A stretch of 64,000 bases of DNA, taken from contig CAWCIZ010000001.1 in NCBI GenBank assembly GCA_963795855.1, positions 320,001 to 384,000 of the forward strand, in the 5' to 3' direction. The notes beneath the pieces are model-generated. The model saw only the letters and a program-made list of their open reading frames with translations. It was not told the origin of the DNA and searched no databases. Source of the DNA: Vulcanimicrobiota bacterium (GTDB lineage Bacteria > Vulcanimicrobiota > Vulcanimicrobiia > Vulcanimicrobiales > Vulcanimicrobiaceae). Below are positions 21,776 through 31,286 of this stretch, one piece after another; position 1 is the stretch's first letter; the number at the start of each line of letters is the position of its first letter. A program made the position numbers and the translations under genes.

Positions 21776-21785
21776 CGGGATGTTC

Positions 21786-21857
21786 GGCGACGTAGCCAAG
21801 TGGTAAGGCAGAGCTCTGCAAAAGCTCCATTCGGCAGTTCGAATCTGCCCGTCGCCT
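21786..21857 (+). tRNA. tRNA-Cys(GCA)
   Basis: GGCGACG/CGTCGCC acceptor, anticodon loop CTGCAAA; CCA not encoded. Confidence 0.93.
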
Positions 21858-21877
21858 TATAAAATTTTACGATGACT

Positions 21878-22842
21878 GTGCGAGATTGCAGTATTCGGCG
21901 CCGGCGCGATCGGCGGGTTCATAGCCGCCGCGCTTGCGCGTTCCGGCGTCGAGGTGTGCGTCGTTGCGCGCGGCGCCCACCTCGAAGCGATCCGGCGCGA
22001 CGGTCTGCAGCGTCCGCAGCGAGCTCGGCCGCTTTACCGCCACAGTTCCCGCGTCGCACGATCTGCGCGACTTCGGCGATCCCGATTTCGTGCTGATAAC
22101 CTTCAAGTCGCAGCAGTGGACGGGCGTCTTGCCGCAGTTCGAGCGCGATCCTGCGCGAGCGTGCCGTCTTCGTCACGCTGCAAAACGGCTTGCCGTTCTG
22201 GTATTCACGCGAACGCGCCGCTCGAAAGCGTCGACCCGGGCGGCTGCGATCCTGCGGACGATTCCGTACGAGCGCATCATCGGCGGCGTCGTGCATGCGT
22301 CCGGACATCGTTCCGCGTCCCGGGTTCGTGAATCAAAGCGGCGGCATCGCTCTATCCGATCGGCGAACTCGACGGCATCGACGACGCGGCGCATCAGCGA
22401 GCTTTCGGGAGCGTTCGCGCAAGCGGGACTCACGGCGCCGATCGAGCCGGACATCCGCAGAAACATCTGGCGAAAGCTCGTCAACAACCTCGCGCTCAAT
22501 CCCGTGAGCGCGCTCACGCGAGCGACCGTGCAAAACGATGCTGAGCGATCCGCCCGTGCGCGCGCTGCTGCGCGTCATCATCGAAGAAGGTTTGACGATA
22601 GCGCGAGCGTCGGGCGTCGAACCCGGCGTCGATGCGGACGAGCGTCTGCAAATGGGCGGAGCACATCGCGGACGTGAAGACTTCGATGCTGCAGGACTTG
22701 GAAGCCGGCACGTCCGCTCGAACTCGAGCCGATCGCCGGCGCGGCGCTCGAACTTGCGCGCAGCTACGGCCTCGAAGTTCCGCATGTGGAAACGGTGTAC
22801 GGCCTCACGAAACTGCTCGAACGTGATGCGCTCGGCGGTTGA
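21878..22842 (+). CDS. panE: 2-dehydropantoate 2-reductase family, multiple frameshifts
   Basis: IAVFGAGAIGG, LQNGLPFW, IWRKLVNNLALNPVSALT, KTSMLQDLEAG. Confidence 0.85.
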
Positions 22843-23287
22843 ATGCCGCGCAGGGCGCGTCGAGGAGTATCCCGCCGCCGCCGCGTTGCGTCAAGAGATG
22901 GCGATCGAAATGGGCAGCGACTTCGACGCGCGGTCGAAGGAATGGCGCGCAAAATTTTGCGCGTATTTCGGCGGACGACAATCTGCAGGCAACGCGCAGC
23001 TTTTCCTGGCTCTCGACGGCGAGAGACCCGTCGGCTGCGCGATGATTTCCGTTTCGGACGACTACCGCAGGTTTTGCTTCGGGACGCTGAGCGGGCACGT
23101 GAACGCCGTCTTCGTTCAGCCCGCATATCGCCGCAGCGGGGTAGCGACGCGTTTGATGCAGCTCGTCATCGCGTGGGCGCGCGAGCGCGGCTGCGCGCGG
23201 GTTTTGCTGCGATCGAGCGACGAAGGCCGCGCGTTGTACCAGGAACTCGGTTTTGCCACGGGGCGCGAGATGGAACTCTATCTCTGA
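22826..23287 (+). CDS. GNAT N-acetyltransferase
   Basis: [27 protein letters not shown]. Confidence 0.85.
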   Translation: MRSAVECRAGRVEEYPAAAALRQEMAIEMGSDFDARSKEWRAKFCAYFGGRQSAGNAQLFLALDGERPVGCAMISVSDDYRRFCFGTLSGHVNAVFVQPAYRRSGVATRLMQLVIAWARERGCARVLLRSSDEGRALYQELGFATGREMELYL

Positions 23288-24059
23288 TGCTCGCGCGCCG
23301 CATCGTACCGTGCCTGGACATCAAGGATGGGCGCGTCGTGAAAGGCGTACGTTTCGTACAGACTGCGCGACGCCGGAGATCCCGTCGAACTTGCCCGTCT
23401 CTACGAAGAATCCGGCGCCGACGAACTCGTATTTCTCGACATCACCGCGACCATAGAAGGGCGTAAAGCGACGCGCGAGGTCGTCCGCGCGGTTGCGGAA
23501 CAGACTCACCATTCCGTTCGCCGTCGGGGGCGGCGCGAGCAGCGTGGACGACGTGCGTGCACTGCTTCGCGCCGGCTGCGATAAAGTTTCGCTCAACAGC
23601 GCCGCCGTTCGGACGCCGCAAGTGCTCGAGGAAGCGGCCGCGGACTTCGGAAGCCAGTGCGTCGTGCTGGCAATCGACGCCCGGCGTAAGCCCGGCACGG
23701 GCAGCTGGGAAGTCGCGATCGACGGCGGCCGCACCCCGACGGGCCTCGAAGCGGTTGCGTGGGCGCAGCGTGGCGCGCAACTTGGCGCAGGCGAGATTCT
23801 GCTCACGAGTATGGACCGCGACGGAACGAAGTCCGGTTTCGACGTTGAACTCACGCGCGCGGTGCGCGACGCCGTAGACGTTCCCGTGATTGCGTCGGGC
23901 GGGGCCGGCAATGCAGACGACTTTGCGCGCGTGTTCGAAGAAGCCGGCGCGGATGCGGCGCTCGCCGCGTCGCTCTTTCACTTCGGCGAACTGGCGATCT
24001 CCGACCTCAAGGCGTTTTTGCGCGCGCGGGGGATTCCAATAAGGCCTTCGACAAGCTGA
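23287..24059 (+). CDS. hisF: imidazole glycerol phosphate synthase cyclase subunit, frameshifted
   Basis: [59 protein letters not shown]. Confidence 0.95.
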
Positions 24060-24063
24060 GCGC

Positions 24064-24672
24064 ATGCTGGAGAACGTTAAGTGGAACGCGGACGGACTCG
24101 TTCCGGTGGTGATCGCCGATGCGCGGACCAACGCGGTGTTGACGCTTGCCTACGCGAACCCCGAGGCGCTCGAAAAAACGATCGCCGAAAAATCGACGTA
24201 TTTGTACAGCCGCTCGCGTCAAAAACTTTGGCATAAAGGCGAAGAGTCCGGAAACACGCAGCGCGTCGTCGAGGTGCTTTCGGATTGCGATCGAGATGCG
24301 GTGCTCTACCGCGTCATTCCGAACGGACCGGCCTGCCATACGGGCGCGGCCTCATGTTTTTACGACGTCGTGCTGCCCGAGCAAAACGCGTTTACTCAGG
24401 CGGTCGCGCATTTACAAGACGTTCTCGAAGCGCGAAAGAACGCCGATCCGCAATCTTCGTACGTAGCCAAACTCTATGCCGGCGGCATCGACGCGATCGG
24501 CAAGAAAATCGGCGAGGAGGCCACGGAGGTGGTGATCGCGGCGAAAAACGCCTCGCGCGACGAACTCGTGTGGGAAGCGGCGGATCTGCTCTTTCACCTC
24601 TTCGTGATGCTCAAAGCCTCGAACGTGACGCTCGAGGATGTAGGCGGAGAGCTGCTACGGCGCGCCAAGTAG
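24064..24672 (+). CDS. hisIE: bifunctional phosphoribosyl-AMP cyclohydrolase / phosphoribosyl-ATP pyrophosphatase
   Basis: SRSRQKLWHKGEESG, DCDRD, ACHTG, KKIGEEATE, EAADLLFH. Confidence 0.95.
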   Translation: MLENVKWNADGLVPVVIADARTNAVLTLAYANPEALEKTIAEKSTYLYSRSRQKLWHKGEESGNTQRVVEVLSDCDRDAVLYRVIPNGPACHTGAASCFYDVVLPEQNAFTQAVAHLQDVLEARKNADPQSSYVAKLYAGGIDAIGKKIGEEATEVVIAAKNASRDELVWEAADLLFHLFVMLKASNVTLEDVGGELLRRAK

Positions 24673-24707
24673 CGGCGCGCAAAGCGCCGCCCGCGCGCAT
24701 TGAGGAT

Positions 24708-26744
24708 TTGGCCGGCGTAGGCGGCGAAACGGCGGAGCGCTTCGCGGAACTCGGCATCCGCACGCCGCTCGACTTGCTGAGCGATTTTCCGTACCGCTAC
24801 GAAGATCTGCGTTATCCGACGCCGGCATCGGCGTTGGGGCTCGGGCGGGGCGAAAATGCCGAGGAAAATGCCGTCGGGCGGATTGTGTGGGTCAAGGAAC
24901 GGCGCGCGCGGCATCTGGCAATCGTGGAAGCGGAACTCGAAGACGAAAGCGGCACGTTCGTTGCAACGTGGTTCGGGCGAACGTATCTCATCGGCGCGCT
25001 GAAGAAAGGGATGCGCCTCTTCGTTCGCGGCCGCGTGCAGCGCACGCTCGCGGGTGCGAAGATGAATGTGGTCACGCATCGCGTGCTCGCGGAGAACGAA
25101 ACGTACACCGGCGAAATCGTGCCGGTGTATTCCGCCAGTAAGACGCTGACGACGCGCAAAATTCATCAAGTGATTTCGCGCAATCTGCCGCACCTGTTGC
25201 TGCTGGCCGTCGAGGATCCGCTGCCGCCATCGATCGTGAGGGAAAAAGCCTTTCCGGCACTCGAGAAGGCTTATCGCGCGATGCATGCGCCGCAAAATCC
25301 GGAGGACGCGGAAAAAGCGCGCGAGCGGTTCATCTTCACCGAGTTTCTCGCGCTTGCGCTTGCCGCGCAGTTGAAGCGCCGCGAACGCAGCTCGGAACAC
25401 ACCGCAGAGCGATTGCGCGCCGCGCCGACGCTGCTTGCCGAATTGGAACGCGAGTTGCCGTTCCCGCTCACGGGCGCCCAGCGGCGCGTCATCACCGAGA
25501 TCTGGGGCGACATGGCGCAGGACGCGCCGATGAACCGGCTTCTGCAGGGCGACGTCGGAAGCGGCAAAACGCTCGTTGCCGCCGCGGCCATTCTGCTTGC
25601 GTCGCGCAGCCGCGTTCAATCCGCACTCATGGCGCCGACGGAAATTCTCGCAGCGCAGCACGCCGCCAAACTCGCGCCGCTTCTGGTTCCCTTCGGCATT
25701 ACGGTCGAAGCCGTCTTCGGAAGTCAGAGCGCCAAAGCGCGCGCCGTCGCGGCGCAGCGCATCGCAAGCGGTGAAGCGCTGCTTGCGGTCGGCACGCATG
25801 CCCTGCTTACCGAGGGCGTGGATTTCAAGCGCCTCGGGCTCGTGGTAATCGACGAGCAGCACCGCTTCGGCGTGCAGCAGCGCGCGCGTTTACGCGCCAA
25901 AGGCGTCGCGCCCCACACGCTTCACATGACGGCGACGCCGATTCCGCGCACGTTGGCGCAATCGATTTACGCGGACTTGGACGTCTCGACCATCGACGAA
26001 TTGCCGCCGGGGCGCACGCCGATCGAAACCTTCGCGCTGCGCCGCACGCGTTTGCATCTGGCGTACGACTTCGTCGAGAAGAACGTTGCCGCGGGACATC
26101 AGGCCTACATAGTAGCGCCCGCGATCGACGAATCGGAAAACGATCTCACGAGCGTCGTCGCGGAAGCCGAGCGTCTGCAGAACGACGTGTTTCCGCATTT
26201 GAAACTCGGACTGCTGCACGGACGGATGACGCCGCGCGAAAAAGAAGACGTGATGCAGCGCTTTTCGCGGAACGACCTGCAGGTGCTCGTGGCGACGACC
26301 GTCATTGAGGTCGGCGTGGACATTCCCAATGCCAGCGTCATGGTGGTGCTCGACGCCAACCGATACGGGCTGGCGCAACTGCATCAGCTGCGCGGCCGGG
26401 TCGGGCGAGGTGCCGCCAAGTCGTATTGCCTGCTCATTGCGCCGGACGAAGCGGGCGAAGTCGAGCGCTTGCAGATCCTGACCGAATCTACGGACGGCTT
26501 CAAGATCGCCGAAGAAGATTTGCAACTGCGGGGGGCGGGCCAGTTCGCCGGCACGGCCCAGTCGGGCAGGACCGAGTTTCGCTTCGGCGACATCGTCCGG
26601 GATTTCGCGCTTTATAAAGAAGCCAGCGCAATCGCTGCGCGGATCGTTCAGGACGATTCGACGCTCGAGCGCGTCGAGCATCGCGGCCTGCGCGCGCTGA
26701 TCGAGGGCGAACCCAGCGCGAGGGCGATGCTCCTGTCGTCTTGA
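24708..26744 (+). CDS. recG: ATP-dependent DNA helicase RecG
   Basis: RLLQGDVGSGKT, MAPTEILA, IDEQHRFG, MTATPIPRTL, QLHQLRGRVGRG; start uncertain. Confidence 0.95.
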   Translation: MAGVGGETAERFAELGIRTPLDLLSDFPYRYEDLRYPTPASALGLGRGENAEENAVGRIVWVKERRARHLAIVEAELEDESGTFVATWFGRTYLIGALKKGMRLFVRGRVQRTLAGAKMNVVTHRVLAENETYTGEIVPVYSASKTLTTRKIHQVISRNLPHLLLLAVEDPLPPSIVREKAFPALEKAYRAMHAPQNPEDAEKARERFIFTEFLALALAAQLKRRERSSEHTAERLRAAPTLLAELERELPFPLTGAQRRVITEIWGDMAQDAPMNRLLQGDVGSGKTLVAAAAILLASRSRVQSALMAPTEILAAQHAAKLAPLLVPFGITVEAVFGSQSAKARAVAAQRIASGEALLAVGTHALLTEGVDFKRLGLVVIDEQHRFGVQQRARLRAKGVAPHTLHMTATPIPRTLAQSIYADLDVSTIDELPPGRTPIETFALRRTRLHLAYDFVEKNVAAGHQAYIVAPAIDESENDLTSVVAEAERLQNDVFPHLKLGLLHGRMTPREKEDVMQRFSRNDLQVLVATTVIEVGVDIPNASVMVVLDANRYGLAQLHQLRGRVGRGAAKSYCLLIAPDEAGEVERLQILTESTDGFKIAEEDLQLRGAGQFAGTAQSGRTEFRFGDIVRDFALYKEASAIAARIVQDDSTLERVEHRGLRALIEGEPSARAMLLSS

Positions 26745-26755
26745 ATTCCGGGCGC

Positions 26756-29428
26756 ATGAACAATGCAGTACGCTTCGTCCGTGCGGCCGCCTTGGTTATC
26801 GGGGCGGCTTTTTTCGCGCATTTGCCCGCGGCGGCGCAGCCGCTTCAAGTGACGCGCGCAACGCTCCGGAATGGTTTGCAAGTCGTGGTCGTTCGCGATC
26901 CGCTCGCGCCGGTGGTCACATCGGTTCTCAATTACCGCGCCGGTTCCAACGAGCAGCAGTTCCCCGGCGAAGCGCACGCCCTCGAACATATGATGTTCCG
27001 CGGCACGCCCGACGTATCGCAAACGCAACTGTTCGAAATCAGCCAGTTGATGGGCGGCGATTACGACGCGGACACGCAAGCGGAAGTCACGCAGTATTTC
27101 TTCCAGGTACCCGCGCAGTATCTGGATGTGGCGCTGCGCGTCGAAGCGGACCGCGCAAAACATGTGACGCTCGCGCAGTCGGGATGGGAAGCCGAGAGCG
27201 GCGCCATCAAACAAGAAGTGACTCAAGACGACAGCGTACCGATCGAAAAGTTGTTTCTTCGCACCATTTTACCGTCGATTTTCAAGGGTACGCCGTATGC
27301 CAAAGACGGCTTGGGCACCCTGTACTCCTTCAATCATCAAATCAACGCAGCCGTGGTGCGCAAGTTCTACGATGCGTGGTACCACCCGAACAACGCGACG
27401 TACGTCATCGCCGGTAATGTCGACGGCCCGTCGACCGTGAAGCTGGTCGAGAAGTATTTCGGAACGATCCCCGCGGCCAAATTGCCGGCGCGCGGCAGAG
27501 TCGTACTGCAGCCGATGAAGTCGGCGACCTACCACGTCGACAGCGATCAGCCGTACTCGATCGTCGCGATGGCATACCGGCTGCCGGGCTGGAAAGACAA
27601 AGATTACGCCGCCGCGCAGATTTTGGAATCGGTGCTGAACAACCAGCGCGGCGACCTCTACGGCTTGGTCGCGTCCGGAAAAGCGCTCTATGCGGGCTTC
27701 CAAGACGTTGAATCCCACGCGTACGCAACGGCGACTGCCGCGCTCTCCATCGTGCCCGTCACGACCAAAGCGGAAAGCGCGGAGGCGGACCTGCGTGCGG
27801 TTCTGCAGGCATATCGCACCAACGGTTTGCCGGCCGATCTGGTCGAAGTCGCGAAGCAGCGCGCGATTGCGGACGCGCAATTCGGTGGCAATTCGATCCA
27901 AGGGTTGGCGTTCGAATGGAGCGATGCCGTTGCCGCGCGCGGCGCGGCGTCGCCCGACGAGTTGATCGACGCGATGAAACGCGTGACCGTTGCCGACGTG
28001 AATCGCGTCTTCCGCGAATACGTGAACCCCGACAAGGCGATCGTCGCGTATGCGGTGCCGAAAAATATCGGCAAAGTGAGTGCCGGCGCCTCCGCTCCGG
28101 CCAAAGAAAACAATACGCTCACGCCGGAAAAGCCGCAGCCGCTTCCGGCTTGGGCGAGCGCCGCATTCTCAAAAGTCGAAGTGCCCGCGGACACGCTGCA
28201 TCCGGTTTCGATGACGCTCGCCAACGGCATGCGCCTCATCGTGGTACCGGAGCATGTGACGAAGACGGTGGAAGTGCACGGCTCCATTCTCTCGGACGAA
28301 GCGATTCAAGCGCCGGCCGATAAACAGGGCGTCGCGGACGTGCTTGCCGGCCTGTTTCCGTTCGGCACCGAGCAATACAGCCGCATTCAACTGCGCCGGC
28401 AGCTGGACCAAATTGCCGCCGACGTCGAAGCGGGAACGGATTTTTCGCTTCGCGTGCTAAGCGATAAATTCGACCGAGGCGTGCAATTGCTCGCGGATGA
28501 GGAACTGCATCCGGCATTGCCCGACGCGGCGTTTCAAATCGTGAAAGGGCAAACGGTCGGGTCGCTCACCGGAGAGATGACGTCTCCCGAACACCTCACG
28601 TCCGTCGCGCTGAACAAGGCGCTCTTCCCGTCCGACGATCCGCTGCAGAAGTTTGCGACGCCGCAAACGGCGAGTGCCGTTGGAATGGACGACGTGAGGT
28701 CGTACTTCGCGAGCGTTTACCGCCCGGACATGACGACCGCCGTCGTCATCGGCGACGTCACGCCGCAGCAAGTGCGCGCGACGTTCGAAAAGTATTTCGG
28801 CGCATGGACCGCGCACGGGCCGAAACCGGACGTGACGCTTCCGCAGGTTCCGAAAAACGACGCGGCGAGCGTCGTCGTTCCGGACGTCGGACGCGTGCAA
28901 TCCGACGTGCAGCTCGCGCAAGTGCTGGACTTGGCGCGCTCCGATCCGGATTGGGCGCTGCTGCAAGTCGCGAACAACGTGCTCGGCGGCGGCGGTTTCG
29001 GCTCGCTGCTCATGGACGACCTTCGCGTCAAACACGGCTACGTCTACGGTGCGTATTCGGAACTGAACTCGAATAAGAATCGCGCGACGTTCGTGTTGGG
29101 ATACGCTTGCGATCCGGACAAGATCGTTCCGGCCCAGCAGCTCGCGCTCGCCGATTTGCGAACGCTGCAGGAAGGCGTCATCTCCGCGGACCGGTTGACG
29201 CGCAGCAAAGCGATGCTGATGAGCGACGTGCCGCTGCGAAGCGCGAGTTTCGACGGCGTCGCTTCCCAATTGCTGCGTTTCGCGTCGTTCGGTCTACCCC
29301 TCGATCAGGCACAAATCGACGCCCAACGGGAACTTCAGGCACAGCCGGCCACGGTGCGGCAAGCCCTGGTGAAATGGGTCAACCCAAGCCGGTTCGTGCG
29401 CGTGGTCCGAGGCCCCGGGCCGAAGTAA
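26756..29428 (+). CDS. secreted M16 (pitrilysin-family) zinc peptidase
   Basis: signal peptide, LRNGL, HALEH (HxxEH), duplicated M16 halves, LRVKHGYVYG. Confidence 0.9.
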   Translation: MNNAVRFVRAAALVIGAAFFAHLPAAAQPLQVTRATLRNGLQVVVVRDPLAPVVTSVLNYRAGSNEQQFPGEAHALEHMMFRGTPDVSQTQLFEISQLMGGDYDADTQAEVTQYFFQVPAQYLDVALRVEADRAKHVTLAQSGWEAESGAIKQEVTQDDSVPIEKLFLRTILPSIFKGTPYAKDGLGTLYSFNHQINAAVVRKFYDAWYHPNNATYVIAGNVDGPSTVKLVEKYFGTIPAAKLPARGRVVLQPMKSATYHVDSDQPYSIVAMAYRLPGWKDKDYAAAQILESVLNNQRGDLYGLVASGKALYAGFQDVESHAYATATAALSIVPVTTKAESAEADLRAVLQAYRTNGLPADLVEVAKQRAIADAQFGGNSIQGLAFEWSDAVAARGAASPDELIDAMKRVTVADVNRVFREYVNPDKAIVAYAVPKNIGKVSAGASAPAKENNTLTPEKPQPLPAWASAAFSKVEVPADTLHPVSMTLANGMRLIVVPEHVTKTVEVHGSILSDEAIQAPADKQGVADVLAGLFPFGTEQYSRIQLRRQLDQIAADVEAGTDFSLRVLSDKFDRGVQLLADEELHPALPDAAFQIVKGQTVGSLTGEMTSPEHLTSVALNKALFPSDDPLQKFATPQTASAVGMDDVRSYFASVYRPDMTTAVVIGDVTPQQVRATFEKYFGAWTAHGPKPDVTLPQVPKNDAASVVVPDVGRVQSDVQLAQVLDLARSDPDWALLQVANNVLGGGGFGSLLMDDLRVKHGYVYGAYSELNSNKNRATFVLGYACDPDKIVPAQQLALADLRTLQEGVISADRLTRSKAMLMSDVPLRSASFDGVASQLLRFASFGLPLDQAQIDAQRELQAQPATVRQALVKWVNPSRFVRVVRGPGPK

Positions 29429-29515
29429 TTCAGCCTGTTTACCCGCTGGACGAGCAACTTCAGCGCGCTTTTTCTTGGTAATATAGTCCAAACGTCCTGC
29501 GATTTAGGTAGGAGA

Positions 29516-31286
29516 ATGGGCGGTACTTTCCCAAGCCTGGACCCAACAGCAACGCGTCCTATGGACTCGGGGGGTGCCGCCATATTTCAGCAAGCGGGCG
29601 CTGACAATCTCGTAGAGCCTTCCCAGCAACACCTTGCTCGTTTGCGCGCTTTGTGGGAGCTGTCGCTCGACCGGCAGAACCACGGGACGCAGATCGAAGG
29701 TTTACTGCAAGAGGCTCGCAGCGCATTGCAATGCGACTACGCGGAGCTTTGGAACGCGCGTTCCGAGCAGCGCGTCGCGTATGCAGGCTCTGACGCATCG
29801 CGCTCGCTCGGCGCGTTGGTAATCGCTGAGGACGTTCCGGCAGACGAACAAGCGATGTTCGTTTTGGAACCGGGTGAAGACGCGCAACTGCAAGCCACGC
29901 TGCGCAGGGCCGGGAAGTCGGCGCTTCTGGTTCGCCGGTTTGAAACGGGACGCGACCGCTACGCAATACTGTTTGCGTGGAGCGAGCGGCGTCCGCGCAC
30001 GCTGAGCCATGCCGAAGAGCAGTACCTCGATTTTCTACAGCACGTTGTCTCGCGCGTGTTGGTGCTTGCGGATAAGCATCGCGAACTTCACGATCGCATC
30101 TCGATCGATCCGCTCACCGGTTTGCAGAATCGCGCAGTCTACGCTCGATCGTATCGGTCATCTCGTTTCGTCCGCGCAGCGCACGCCCTCCGAATTCGCC
30201 GTGCTGTACGTCGATCTGAACGGGTTCAAACAGGTCAATGATTCCCACGGGCATGCCCTAGGCGATCAGGCGATTGCGGAAACGGCCGCGCGCATGCGGG
30301 CCGTGCTTCGCCGCCACGAAATGGCCGGACGGATCGGAGGCGACGAGTTTGCGGTGGTCGTGAAGTTCGACAGCCCCGCGGATTTGGAAGCGGTCGCGCA
30401 ACGCTTGATCGAAGCAATCGCCGAACCAATGACGTTCGGCGGCGTGCGCGTGCGTTTGAATGCCAGTATCGGCATCGCTACGTTTCCCGAGCATGCCGGT
30501 TCGGCGGACGAACTGCTGTCGCGCGCCGACAGCGCGATGTACGTTGCCAAGCGAGGCAACGGGCCGCACTACGCGTTCTACGACCCGCAAAACAAACCGC
30601 GCTTGCCGTCTGCGCCCCCGGTGCACGAAGCCGCGCCGCCGTTCGTGTTTTGCTTTCAGCCAATCGTGGATGCGCGAACGGGCCGCATCGTCGCGGCGGA
30701 AGCGCTCATTCGCTGGTTCGACCCTCTACGCGGGCTCGTGCTGCCGACGGCACTGAACGAGGGCGGCTCGATGCCTCGGCACATCGACCGCAGCGTCGTC
30801 GACACACTCACGCGCGGAGAATACGCGCAGACGCTGCGCGCGCTGCCCATTCACGTCAACGTGAGCGAAGCCGACGACGAATTGCTCGCCGCCTCGTCGG
30901 GCGACGCCGTCATCGCCTTGGAAATTCCGGAATCGCTCGTCGCAAACGAGGCCGATCGGTACGCGGAGTTCATCCGGAACGCGCGCAAGAGCGGCGTGCG
31001 TGTCGGGCTCTCGGATTTCGGCGGAGCCGGTCTGCCGCTGCGGTTTCTCGCCGATCTGCCCATCGACTTCGTGAAGATCGGGAAGATGTCCGCGGTCACG
31101 GCGCGCGCGGCAATCGCGCAAGCGCACCATTTCGGCTGGACCGTCATCGCCGAAAACGTGGAAGAGGAAACGCAGCGTGATTGGCTCGTAAGCGCGGGCG
31201 TCGACGCCGTGCAGGGCTACCAGATCTGCAGCCCGCTGACGCACCGCGATTTCACCAACTGGCTGCGCTATCGGATGCTGAAATAA
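29516..31286 (+). CDS. GAF-like / GGDEF / EAL protein, one frameshift near 30138
   Basis: DPLTGLQNR, then in next frame YVDLNGFKQVNDSHGHALGD, RIGGDEF, AEALIRW, QGY. Confidence 0.9.
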
